From assembly GCA_965209055.1 (NCBI GenBank), contig OZ242374.1, positions 4,416,001 through 4,480,000 on the forward strand: a stretch of DNA of 64,000 bases, in the 5' to 3' direction. Positions 1 through 8,899 of this stretch are shown piece by piece. The stretch comes from Acidobacteriota bacterium. GTDB lineage: Bacteria > Acidobacteriota > UBA6911 > RPQK01 > JAJDTT01. How positions within the stretch are numbered: position 1 is the first letter of the stretch; every line of letters starts with the position of its first letter. The notes under the pieces are model-generated. The model was not told the DNA's origin and did no database searches. It worked only from the letters and a program-made list of their open reading frames with translations. A program made the position numbers and the translations under genes.

Positions 1-575
1 AGAGTAAAAGCCGGACGGGCATCGGCCACCTCGGTCAACGGCGGATAGTAGACCGTCTCGTTGCCGCAGATATGGTCGTGGTGATTCAGTGCCCGGGTCC
101 GGAGGGAGGCGATGTCTCCCGCCTGCAGGCGCGCAAACGTTTTGGAAGCGCCGAATTCAAGAGCGATGGGAGCGCGTTGAACCTGAACCACATTCTCCAT
201 CAGTTGCGGAGCTTCGGTCCGGACGAACGCCAGCAGGGCCTCCTCCTGATCTCCGTCCGCCCGCTCGTCCACCACGATCAGAGACCGGGAGGAACGGTCC
301 ACGGCATGAGGATCACCCAGGGTGGACGCGGACTTCACGATGGCAAGCACGCTGAGTCCCCGAAGCGAAACGCCGTTCCAACTCCCATGGCGCACCCGCC
401 ACGCGAGCATGGCTTCTTTCCCCGTCAGATTGACTTCCGCGTTGGCGAAACAGGGCCCGGTGTAAACGTCCGTCGTCCGCACCTCCAGGTAATCTCCCGA
501 GATGGTGGCGTCGGCGGCCACCAGAGGCGTCATGACCACGGCCAAGGTCAAGCAAGCAACGATTCCTGATCTCAT
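1..575 (-). CDS. DUF1326-like secreted protein (partial; runs off the window start)
   Basis: Not in the ORF track; translated by hand from ATG 575: MRSGIVACLTLAVVMTPLVAADATISGDYLEVRTTDVYTGPCFANAEVNLTGKEAMLAW...HDHICGNETVYYPPL. Signal peptide, purine-rich RBS upstream, open frame to the window edge. Confidence 0.75.
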   Translation of the reverse strand, partial: MRSGIVACLTLAVVMTPLVAADATISGDYLEVRTTDVYTGPCFANAEVNLTGKEAMLAWRVRHGSWNGVSLRGLSVLAIVKSASTLGDPHAVDRSSRSLIVVDERADGDQEEALLAFVRTEAPQLMENVVQVQRAPIALEFGASKTFARLQAGDIASLRTRALNHHDHICGNETVYYPPLTEVADARPAFT

Positions 576-722
576 ATCTGACCCCCTCTGTTATTGAGTC
601 CTTATCCTAACAGATGCACCCGTCGGACAATCCTGACCGTCCAACCCGAACCGGGAGCGACAGATTGTGCGCAACCCACCGATTGCAAATCGAACCTGGT
701 CGGCACTCTTATCGAGCCACGA

Positions 723-938
723 CTACAAGGGATCGTGGCAACCCCTGTCCGATTGGCACTTCTCCTCGTTCGCCAGGTCCCCGTCGGGTCCCAGGCAGGT
801 CATGGTGTCGTTGCACCAGAAGAAAGCGTCATTGCTTGGAGGCACCGTGAGGTCCGGCGCCGCCTCGACGTACATTCCCTTCCACCGCAAACGTCTGCAA
901 AGTTGAAACTTGATCTGCTCCACGTCCAACATGATCAA
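723..938 (-). CDS. small Cys-rich hypothetical protein (71 aa, 5 Cys)
   Basis: ATGA overlap with the stop of the FAD-subunit gene; GGAGGAG RBS just upstream; C14, WC42, C48, GPDG, C61, C67. Confidence 0.7.
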   Translation of the reverse strand: MIMLDVEQIKFQLCRRLRWKGMYVEAAPDLTVPPSNDAFFWCNDTMTCLGPDGDLANEEKCQSDRGCHDPL

Positions 939-1924
939 CTCTCCTCCATCCCGGCTGCCCGGAGCACGGCCCGTTTGACGGCCACTCGAGCCAGTTGGAT
1001 CTTGTACTTGTTCCGGCTCAGCGCCCGCGCGCCTTCCACGGCGGCGTCACCGGCACTTTCCGCCGATTCCCGGCTGACGGCTTTGCCTTGAAGAGCCATG
1101 CCGGCCTTCTCGGAGACCCACGGCACCGGAGCGACATGTCCCAATACGACGCGGGCTTGACCGACGCCGCCGCCGTTTTCGGTCAGCGAAACGGACGCCG
1201 CGGCCAGCGGCCAGTCCAGCGCCTCCTTCTCCCGAACTTCGTAGGTGGCGTTCCGCGTTCCCGAGGCCGCCGGAACCACGATCCGGGTCAGGATCTCGTT
1301 GGGGGACAGGACGTTCTCCCGCTCACTCTGGGACCCGGGAGTCTGGAAAAAATCCTCGAGGGCGATTTCCCGGGCGCCGGAGACTCCCTGGATCGTCACC
1401 TTGGCTCCGAGTGCGATCAGAGCGGGAGCCAGGCTCGAAGCATTGACGAATTGCGCCGGACCGTCGTTGCCCAAAATGGCGTGGTAGCGATTGTCTCCGT
1501 CCGCGACCATGGACTTGCCGTTCATTTGCGCCAGCAGTCCGAAACCCCGGCGAAAATACCAGCAGCGGGGCCGTTGACAGAGGTCGCCGCCGACCGTGCC
1601 GGCAGCCTGGATCTGCGCACTGCGAATACCGTCCAGAGCCTGAATCAGCGCCGGATAGTGGGTCTGCACCGAATCCTGGGCGGCCAGTTCGTCCAGGGTC
1701 GCGACGGCGCCGATACTGAGTCCGGCGTCCGAGTCGTAACTCACCCCTTGGAGATCTTCAATGGATTTGATGTTCACGAGACGCCCGGGGGTCACGACGT
1801 AGTCCTTCATCAGACTCAGGAGATCGGTTCCGCCGGCCAGCACGGCCGACTCTCCTTCGTTGCTCCCCAAGAGGCGAACGGCGTCCTGGATCGAGGTTGG
1901 GTTGGCATATTCGAAGGCTCGCAT
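935..1924 (-). CDS. xanthine dehydrogenase/aldehyde oxidoreductase family FAD-binding subunit (PaoB/YagS-like)
   Basis: LAGGTDLL FAD motif, GTVGGDLCQRPRCWYFR, NRYHAILG, GARALSRNKYK. Confidence 0.93.
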   Translation of the reverse strand: MRAFEYANPTSIQDAVRLLGSNEGESAVLAGGTDLLSLMKDYVVTPGRLVNIKSIEDLQGVSYDSDAGLSIGAVATLDELAAQDSVQTHYPALIQALDGIRSAQIQAAGTVGGDLCQRPRCWYFRRGFGLLAQMNGKSMVADGDNRYHAILGNDGPAQFVNASSLAPALIALGAKVTIQGVSGAREIALEDFFQTPGSQSERENVLSPNEILTRIVVPAASGTRNATYEVREKEALDWPLAAASVSLTENGGGVGQARVVLGHVAPVPWVSEKAGMALQGKAVSRESAESAGDAAVEGARALSRNKYKIQLARVAVKRAVLRAAGMEES

Positions 1925-4056
1925 CAGGCAGCTCCTCCTTTCTCAAGGGCTTCCAATACGCGATTGGGGGTCACGGGCATGTACGGCACGCGCACGCCGA
2001 TGGCGTTGGCCACGGCATTCGCTATCGCCGCGCCGGTGGAGATCACCGGAGGCTCACCCAATCCGATCACGCCCCGCTTGTCGTACTCGGGTCCCGTCAT
2101 CATGTGCACGACCAACTCGCCGATGTCCCCGATCCCGGGCAGTTTGTAGAACTCCATGTCCGGGTTCAACATCTTGCCGCTCACCGGATCCAGGACCTTC
2201 TCCTCGCACAAGGCGTAGGCGATTCCCATGATCAAGGAACCATAGACCTGGCTCTCGGAGAGCTTCATGTCGATGATCAGGCCGCAGTCCTGAACCGCCA
2301 CCACCTTGTTGATCTTGACGATCCCCGTCTCCACGTCCACGGAGACGTCCGCCATCTGAATCCCGCCCACGCCGCTGTCGCTCAGCTTGCCGGGACCGGG
2401 ATTCTTTCCGGTCGCGCTCATGGGGCTGGGACCGATGCGGGCCGCCGCCTGCCTCCAGGAGAGGCTGCGGGCCGGATTGCCCTTGACCTGCACCCGCCCG
2501 TCGACGGCCTCCAGTTGATCGGCCGAAGCGTCCAGGGACGGAGCCACCCGTTCCAGCAACTGTTCCAACGCGTTGACCGCCGCCCGGCGGGTCGAAGAGG
2601 TCACGCCTCCGACGGTGGTGCTTCCTCCCGATCCTCCCGAGGCGGGAAAACGGCTATCGCCGATCTTCACGCTCACGGCATCGAGGGGGAGGTCCAGGGT
2701 CTCGGCCAGGATCATTGCGACGACCGTGATGGTGCCCGTGCCCAGGTCCTGACTCCCCAATCGTGCTTCCACGTTTCCGTCGGGAAAGATCACGACTTCG
2801 CAGTTGCTCTGATGAGCCCTTCCACCCCAGGTGTGGAGGCCCAGCCCGAGACCCCGCTTGACGGGGCCGCGTCCACTGTCTCCCCGGGGGTGCCAGTTGC
2901 GCCGCCAATCCATGAGGGCGGCCCCCACTCTCAACTCCTCGGCATAGGTGTCGGCTCGAGGTCCCGTAATGGAGACGTTCTTGAGAAACAGATCCAGGGG
3001 ATCCATCTTCAATTCGGCCGCCAGATCCTCCAGGGCGCCCATGGTCAGGAAGCAGGCCTGGGGATGGTTGGGCGCTCGCCAAGCTCGCGCCGTGGCCTTG
3101 TTGATGACGATGGAATGGTGCGTCTGCTTCCGGTTGGGAACCTGAAAAACGTAAGGGACCGGCGGACTGCCGCGCGAACCGGAGATCCCGCCGGAACCCC
3201 ACGTTTCCGAGTTCCAAGCCGTGATCGTACCGTCGGATTTGGCGCCGACCTCGATTTTGGCGTAAGCCGAGGGGCGGTCTCCCGCAACGGCCAACTCCGC
3301 GTCCCGCTCCAGGAAGAGCTTGACGGCGGCGTTCTCCTGGCGGGCCAGCTCGGCGCACTCGATACCCCAGCGATCGGCGCTGAACTTGCTCCCGAATCCT
3401 CCGCCCATGTAGGGAGTGATCACCCGCACGTTGGCGGTCGGCAGGCCCAGCTTGTCGGCAAACTGGCCGGGCAGGCCCGAAACCGCCTGGGTGGAGCACC
3501 AGGCATTGAGCTTGTCTTCGCCTTCCCACTCGCAGACCTGGCCGTGAGACTCCATGCAGCAATGGGTGATGGCGGCAATGCCGTAGTACCCCTTGCTCCG
3601 GACGTCCGCCGAAGCCATGGCGCCGGCCGGATCTCCTTCGGTCTCCTCCCTGGCGACCTCCTGGTCCGGAGCGCTGGCCCGGTCCTCTTCCGTGACGAAA
3701 TGGGAAAGAACTTCGTAGTCGACCTTGATGGCCCGAACTCCGTCCTCAGCCGCCTCTTCGGTCTCGGCGGCGACGGTCGCGATTTCGTCCAACTCCCACT
3801 TGATCTCGGTGCCGACCCCCTGAATCACCCGGACGGCCTTGACACCCGGTACGGCTTCGGCGGCCGAAGTGTCCAGGCCGGTGATTCGAGCGTGGGCATG
3901 AGGACAGCGGAGGATTCTCGCGAACAGCATCCCGGAGCGGTTGACGTCGTAGGAGTACTTGGCCACTCCCGTCACCTTGAGAGGCCCATCCAGACGGGAG
4001 ACACTTTTGCCGATGTACCTCCTCTTGGAAGCTTCCGGCCATGAGTAATCAGCCAT
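1924..4056 (-). CDS. xanthine dehydrogenase family molybdopterin-binding subunit (PaoC/YagR-like)
   Basis: R-x-DG-xx-KVTG-x-A-x-Y N-terminus, MGGGFGSK, WRAP, QDLGTG, SGGSTT, catalytic GxGEP (IGLGEPP). Confidence 0.95.
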   Translation of the reverse strand: MADYSWPEASKRRYIGKSVSRLDGPLKVTGVAKYSYDVNRSGMLFARILRCPHAHARITGLDTSAAEAVPGVKAVRVIQGVGTEIKWELDEIATVAAETEEAAEDGVRAIKVDYEVLSHFVTEEDRASAPDQEVAREETEGDPAGAMASADVRSKGYYGIAAITHCCMESHGQVCEWEGEDKLNAWCSTQAVSGLPGQFADKLGLPTANVRVITPYMGGGFGSKFSADRWGIECAELARQENAAVKLFLERDAELAVAGDRPSAYAKIEVGAKSDGTITAWNSETWGSGGISGSRGSPPVPYVFQVPNRKQTHHSIVINKATARAWRAPNHPQACFLTMGALEDLAAELKMDPLDLFLKNVSITGPRADTYAEELRVGAALMDWRRNWHPRGDSGRGPVKRGLGLGLHTWGGRAHQSNCEVVIFPDGNVEARLGSQDLGTGTITVVAMILAETLDLPLDAVSVKIGDSRFPASGGSGGSTTVGGVTSSTRRAAVNALEQLLERVAPSLDASADQLEAVDGRVQVKGNPARSLSWRQAAARIGPSPMSATGKNPGPGKLSDSGVGGIQMADVSVDVETGIVKINKVVAVQDCGLIIDMKLSESQVYGSLIMGIAYALCEEKVLDPVSGKMLNPDMEFYKLPGIGDIGELVVHMMTGPEYDKRGVIGLGEPPVISTGAAIANAVANAIGVRVPYMPVTPNRVLEALEKGGAA

Positions 4057-4684
4057 TGGTCCCTCCTTTCAGGGCCCCTGCCGCCTGCATCACGGCCGGG
4101 CGAATTCCGGCGTAGGTTCCGCAGCGGCAGAGGTTGCCCCCCAGACCGGTGTTGATCTGGTCCAGAGTGGGATTGGGGTTCCGGTCCAGGAACGCCTTGC
4201 ACGCGATGACGAATCCTGGCGTGCAGAATCCGCACTGTTGGGCATCGTGATCCACGAAAGCCTCCTGAACAGGATGCATTCGGTCCGGGGTCCCCAGCCC
4301 CTCGACGGTGGTGATGTCCTTTCCCTGAGCCTCGATGGCCAGCGTGGAACAAGAATAGACCGGTTGATCGTCCACCAGGACCGTACAGGAACCGCAGGTC
4401 CCGCGATCGCAGACTTTTTTCGCCCCGGTCAGGTCCAAATGGTTGCGAAGCGCATCCAGCAGGGTCGTCCTGGGTTCCAATTCCACCCGGTGTTTCCGTC
4501 CGTTCACCTTGAGCTTCATGCTCATGGCTCCCGGACCCTCGACCCCATGGCCCGACATCGCCGAAGGAGCGCCGCTGATCCGCTGCAGCAACCCCGTGGT
4601 TACGGCGCCGGCGGCGCCTCCTCTCAAGAAGGCACGCCGCGAAACGTTCGCGGTCACGTGTTCTTCTTTTCCATTTTTGCTCAT
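4049..4684 (-). CDS. 2x[2Fe-2S] subunit with Tat signal (PaoA/YagT-like)
   Basis: SRRAFLRG twin-arginine motif; CDRGTCGSC and QCGFCTPG...CRCG cluster motifs; ATG 4684 preceded by GAAGGAGG. Confidence 0.93.
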   Translation of the reverse strand: MSKNGKEEHVTANVSRRAFLRGGAAGAVTTGLLQRISGAPSAMSGHGVEGPGAMSMKLKVNGRKHRVELEPRTTLLDALRNHLDLTGAKKVCDRGTCGSCTVLVDDQPVYSCSTLAIEAQGKDITTVEGLGTPDRMHPVQEAFVDHDAQQCGFCTPGFVIACKAFLDRNPNPTLDQINTGLGGNLCRCGTYAGIRPAVMQAAGALKGGTNG

Positions 4685-4731
4685 GTGGCCTCCTTCACAA
4701 CATTGTCGCTGTTGGCAGGTGTTTCCCACCC

Positions 4732-4761
4732 ACTATAGAGCCTGTTTCGATTACCTTGCAA
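4732..4761 (-). promoter_or_regulatory. putative sigma70 promoter of the molybdoenzyme operon
   Basis: Minus strand TTGCAA-N18-TATAGT, about 48 nt upstream of ATG 4684. Confidence 0.5.
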
Positions 4762-4885
4762 GCCTTCGGCGGCGGCAAAATCTGCCCGCCGCACGAACCG
4801 GGACGCACTGCCTCCCGGAGGCGCAATGGAAACGCAAAAAGTCTGGACGATCCCGAAAGGAAAAGGCGGATGCAGCTGACCAGCC

Positions 4886-4978
4886 TTACTTGGAGTGGGA
4901 GTTCTTACGGATCTGGTGACGGCGCTTCCGGCGAAGCTTTCCGCGCCGCTTTTTCTTTTTCTTAAGTACGCTACCCAT
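4886..4978 (-). CDS. 30-aa basic protein, AURKAIP1/COX24 (bS22/mS38-like) family
   Basis: MGSVLKKKKKRRGKLRRKRRHQIRKNSHSK; the MGSVxKK start and Lys/Arg richness resemble actinobacterial bS22. Confidence 0.7.
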   Translation of the reverse strand: MGSVLKKKKKRRGKLRRKRRHQIRKNSHSK

Positions 4979-5242
4979 GATGTCTTGGAACCGCGTGATG
5001 ATACCAGAAGAGCAACCGGCTCCACAAGATCGGACCGGTCGCACGGGTTTCCCGGCCCTGGTCAATTTGGGAAGAACGGGAACAACCAAGGTTCGCTGCA
5101 GCCGGAACCGGACTTGAGAGGTCTGCTAAGATGAACCTCCGGCCGCCGCCTTGGACTGCTGCGTCGAGCCGCATGGCGGCGGCGCCTCGATTCAAACTCC
5201 GCGGGGAAGGCGCACGAGCGGCCGAGCGCGGGAAACGAACCC

Positions 5243-5740
5243 ATGACCAGACGGAGTGGAGCATCGCAGGCCGATTCCGGCGATGCCGAGGTGGTCCTCT
5301 ACACCGACGGCGCCTGCAGCGGAAATCCCGGTCCCGGAGGTTGGGCGTTCGTCCTGGAGCACCGCGCCTCGGGCAAGACACTGGAAGACAGCGGCTCGGA
5401 ACGGCAGACGACCAACAATCGAATGGAGCTTCAGGCAGTGATTCAGGGTCTCTCCAAGTTGACCCGGCGCGCTCGCGTCCACGTGGTGACCGACAGTTCC
5501 TACGTCGAGCAGGGAGCCACGGATTGGATCCACAAATGGAAGGCCCGCGGTTGGAAGAAGAGAACCTCCGGAAAGGGGCCGGTCAAGAACCAGGATCTCT
5601 GGGAGCAACTGGACCGGGTTCGGAACAGGCACGACGTGAGCTTCGAGCGCGTTCGTGGACATGCAGGACACCCCATGAACGAGCGTTGCGACGAGCTGGC
5701 AGTGGCGGCGTACCAGCACCTCAAGGAGAGCCGGTGGTAA
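5243..5740 (+). CDS. rnhA: ribonuclease HI
   Basis: YTDGACSGNPGPGGW, TTNNRMEL, TDSSYV, VKNQDLW, VRGHAGHPMNERCDELA. Confidence 0.97.
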   Translation: MTRRSGASQADSGDAEVVLYTDGACSGNPGPGGWAFVLEHRASGKTLEDSGSERQTTNNRMELQAVIQGLSKLTRRARVHVVTDSSYVEQGATDWIHKWKARGWKKRTSGKGPVKNQDLWEQLDRVRNRHDVSFERVRGHAGHPMNERCDELAVAAYQHLKESRW

Positions 5741-5832
5741 ATGGGAGCGCTGCGGTCCGCACCTCGACAGGTTCGTAGTGCGGCTGTTCCGGTCTGAAGG
5801 CAATCAGGCCCTCGGCCCAAACCACTTCCCCC

Positions 5833-7038
5833 TCAAAGAGATCTGAGGAAGGCCAGCAGCGCGCCGCGTTCCTCCGCGGTCAGGGCTTCGAAAAGGGTTC
5901 GGCTGGACTCGGCCTCGACGCGATGCCTCAGAATCGCCGCTTCAATGGTGGCCGCGGACCCGTCGTGCAGATACGGAGCGCGATGCGAGACGCCCCAAAG
6001 AGCTGGCGTCCGGATCTCCGCTGGACCGGCATCTCCATCCTGAATCCCATCTCCGGTCCCGACGTCGTGGAGCAGAAAGTCCCCAAATGGTCTGAAAGTC
6101 TTGTTGCTGAGGGCTTCGAACGGGCTGGAGCCGGTCTGCAGAGTCGGAACGTGACAGGCGGAACAACGAACTTCCTCGAACAGTTCCTCCCCCCGCCGTG
6201 TCGTGTCGTTTTCCGTACCTCCGGGCGGCGGTCCCAGCAGGCGCATGAAATTCGCGAAGTTGTCGATTCCTCGCAGCCCCGTGGACAGTTCCGGCCCATC
6301 TTCAGGGTCGGCGACGGGGTCGATGAGTTCCAACGGCTCGCAGTCTCCGGCAGGACACATCTCGTCGGGGAACAGGTCGCTGGTGATCCCCATTTCGTTG
6401 CGGTAGGCCTCTGCTCCGAAGGTGAACAGGGAGGACTGCTGCGCCTTCCAACCGAAACGCCCGGCGCGCGTCTCTCCGGAGTCCCGGTCCACCACCCAGT
6501 GGACCCGCCCGCTGATTCCGTCGCCATCCTCGTCTTCCGGATCTTCCAGGGCCGCCAGAACCTCGTCCGGAACCGCTTCCACAAGACCGCCTCCGAACAA
6601 GGGGATCGGCTGCCGCCTGGCCACCACGTTGGCGCCTTCCGGGATCGCGGCCTGAATCGAATGGTCGGGAATGGAGAAGAGATGGATCAACGATCCGCCC
6701 GGCGGATCCTGAAAGGTTCCGTCGGCGTCCAGAGTTCCGGCCCGGACCTCGGTGATGGTGCTGATCCCCCCAATGGCGGGAGTAACGTGGCATTCGGCGC
6801 ATGAGCGGCCGTTGTACAGAGGCCCCAGTCCTTCATCGGCGTCCTCCACTTCCAGAAAGTCTTCGAGTCCCAGGCGGAAAAGTTCGAATTCCGCCCCATC
6901 GATTCCCTGGATGGGTTCGCCGAACTCGGTGCCCCGCACAACGGTTCCTTGCCCGGCCCCCGGACCGGACATCGCAGCAAGGGCCAGCGCCGTCGCCAGT
7001 ATGCCCCCCCCCTTCACCATCCGGCACCCTTTCCACAT
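5833..7038 (-). CDS. di-heme oxidoreductase (DHOR) family c-type cytochrome, exported
   Basis: GLGPLYNGRSCAECH and CSACH heme motifs; GISGR, GRFGWKA, RTPALWG, YLHDG; signal peptide. Start set at ATG 7038 (GGAAGGA RBS); 7020 is possible. Confidence 0.88.
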   Translation of the reverse strand: MWKGCRMVKGGGILATALALAAMSGPGAGQGTVVRGTEFGEPIQGIDGAEFELFRLGLEDFLEVEDADEGLGPLYNGRSCAECHVTPAIGGISTITEVRAGTLDADGTFQDPPGGSLIHLFSIPDHSIQAAIPEGANVVARRQPIPLFGGGLVEAVPDEVLAALEDPEDEDGDGISGRVHWVVDRDSGETRAGRFGWKAQQSSLFTFGAEAYRNEMGITSDLFPDEMCPAGDCEPLELIDPVADPEDGPELSTGLRGIDNFANFMRLLGPPPGGTENDTTRRGEELFEEVRCSACHVPTLQTGSSPFEALSNKTFRPFGDFLLHDVGTGDGIQDGDAGPAEIRTPALWGVSHRAPYLHDGSAATIEAAILRHRVEAESSRTLFEALTAEERGALLAFLRSL

Positions 7039-7057
7039 GGCGTTCCTTCCGCGGCCC

Positions 7058-7441
7058 TTATTCCACAATGATGGTTCCCCGCATCATGGTGTGGCCGGCG
7101 CCACAAGGCCGCGAGCATTCGAACGGATATTTCCCCGCCTTCCGGGATCGGAAACGGATCTTGATCTTTCCCTGACCCCGCCCCGGAATGGTGACGTCGA
7201 TGCCGGCCTTGGGGATGCGAAAGCCATGAAACGTGTCCTGACTGCTCAACTCGATCTCCAGCAGCGTTCCCCGCTTGACCCGAATCCTGGAGGGAATGAA
7301 GTGAAACCTCTCCGCCGAGACCCGAACCTTCCGGACCTTCGCGTCATCTTTCCGCTCCGCGGTTGAAACGGGGGACGCGGGACCGGCTCCCGGACCGAGC
7401 AGGAGCAGGACGAATGTCAGCAGGATCAGCGGGATCTTCAC
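7058..7441 (-). CDS. secreted stand-alone cupredoxin with complete CuA motif
   Basis: DTFHGF plus CSRPCGAGHTMM (H...CxxxCxxxHxxM); signal peptide from GTG 7441 with AGGAGG RBS. Confidence 0.88.
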   Translation of the reverse strand: MKIPLILLTFVLLLLGPGAGPASPVSTAERKDDAKVRKVRVSAERFHFIPSRIRVKRGTLLEIELSSQDTFHGFRIPKAGIDVTIPGRGQGKIKIRFRSRKAGKYPFECSRPCGAGHTMMRGTIIVE

Positions 7442-7452
7442 GGCCGTTCCTC

Positions 7453-8895
7453 CTAAAACCACCAGCCGATACCCAGGTTCCACCGGTTTCGGGGCCGCAC
7501 GACCCGGCTGGCGTTCCTCATGAAGTTGTAATCGGCTTTCAGGACCACATCCGGATGAGGAAAGTAGGACAGGCCCAGTATATGTGCCGACCGGTCGAAC
7601 TGGCTCAGGGGAAAGAACCCTTGAGGCATCCGGTACTGAGTGTCGAAGTTCTCGTAACGGTAAAACCCGACCAGATCATGGCTGGAACCGGACGGCACCA
7701 GACTGCTGGATCCCTCCAGGTAGAATCCCCGCATTCCCCGGGCAATGTTCGGGTTGATTCCGGCGCTGCGGCGAATCGCCGCATTGACTTCGGAAGCCTG
7801 TCCCAAATGGGTCACGGCAAATTGCCCTCGAGCTTCAAAGCGATCGAACCGGACCCTGCCGTCGAATTCGAAGATCCGCAATCGGGCGTCCAGATCCCGG
7901 AGGTGGAATCCCGTCTCTCCGGTCCAGAAGCTGGCGCCCAGATTCATTCCCGGAAGGGGTCCATAGTCGACTCGCCCGACCCAGGCCAGATTGCGCGCGT
8001 TCTCCAAGAACGATTTCTGCCTCCCCTCCCGGAATCCCTCTTCCGCCGAGAAGAGGGAGCCGTCCAGGGAACTCATGACATAGGTCTTGTAGGAAAGGCC
8101 GCCACCCAAGTCTCCCACCAGGCCTCCGCCGGCGGCGAACCAGGTGGTGGGGAGGATGACCTCATCCACGAAGGGACGCTCCACCCCGTGAAACGCCGTG
8201 GGTTCGTGTCTTTCGTTGATGATTCCCACCGGGGTCAACAGAACTCCGGCCCGAAAGTTGAATCGCGGGTCGATGAGAAAGTCCAGGAAGGCCTGTTCCA
8301 GTTCCAACTCGCCGGTGGGAGCGCCGCCCTCGATCAGACCGTGCTCGAGTTCCAACTCCGACCAGAACCGGATCCGATCTCCGAACATGTGGCCCAGGTT
8401 CAGAACGAAGCGGTGAAAATCGAGGGTCGTCGGGTTCAGGCCGTCGTGGTTGACATGCATCTCCATGTACCCGGACATGGGCATGCTGCCGTCGAAGAAT
8501 CCCGCTGAAGCGTCGATCGCCTCAGGCGCCGCCACCACCTCGGCCACCACCATCGCCTCCTCCACAGGCGATGGTTCCTCTGCCGCCACGGCCGGTTCCG
8601 GACCCGGCTCTTCGACCCGGGCCGCGTCTCCGCGTATGGTCTTGAGCTCGGCGGCCAAGGTCCGAAGCTGAGTTTTCACGTCCTCGTCCAGCGTGCCCTC
8701 CAGGGCGGCGGCCAGGAGTGCGATCAGCCGCTCCAGATTGGATTCCATCCGGTCGAGACGGTCTTCCAGGGACTCCCGCGAGGGATCGCCTTCCGCCGCG
8801 CGGATCTCGCCCCCGACAGAAACGGCGACCAGCAGGAGGACGGGGACGGATCGAATGGCAATTGCCGCCGCCGTAGCGAGGCGAGAGTATTTCAT
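7453..8895 (-). CDS. outer-membrane beta-barrel porin-like protein with N-terminal coiled coil
   Basis: Signal peptide, coiled-coil/acidic linker, HRFVL...SELELEH...GELELEQA...GIINERHEP metal-ligand-rich motifs, C-terminal WNLGIGWWF beta-signal. Confidence 0.82.
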   Translation of the reverse strand: MKYSRLATAAAIAIRSVPVLLLVAVSVGGEIRAAEGDPSRESLEDRLDRMESNLERLIALLAAALEGTLDEDVKTQLRTLAAELKTIRGDAARVEEPGPEPAVAAEEPSPVEEAMVVAEVVAAPEAIDASAGFFDGSMPMSGYMEMHVNHDGLNPTTLDFHRFVLNLGHMFGDRIRFWSELELEHGLIEGGAPTGELELEQAFLDFLIDPRFNFRAGVLLTPVGIINERHEPTAFHGVERPFVDEVILPTTWFAAGGGLVGDLGGGLSYKTYVMSSLDGSLFSAEEGFREGRQKSFLENARNLAWVGRVDYGPLPGMNLGASFWTGETGFHLRDLDARLRIFEFDGRVRFDRFEARGQFAVTHLGQASEVNAAIRRSAGINPNIARGMRGFYLEGSSSLVPSGSSHDLVGFYRYENFDTQYRMPQGFFPLSQFDRSAHILGLSYFPHPDVVLKADYNFMRNASRVVRPRNRWNLGIGWWF

Positions 8896-8899
8896 GGTG

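Noticed and set aside
1897-4044. Long antisense ORFs (also 8693-10900, 16925-18775, 24857-26698, 34074-36116 and others)
   Set aside because: Shadow frames of high-GC genes that have clear motifs in another frame; no motifs of their own.
4685-4885. Moco riboswitch upstream of the molybdoenzyme operon
   Set aside because: The predicted leader is only about 40 nt with one small hairpin, too short for the motif.
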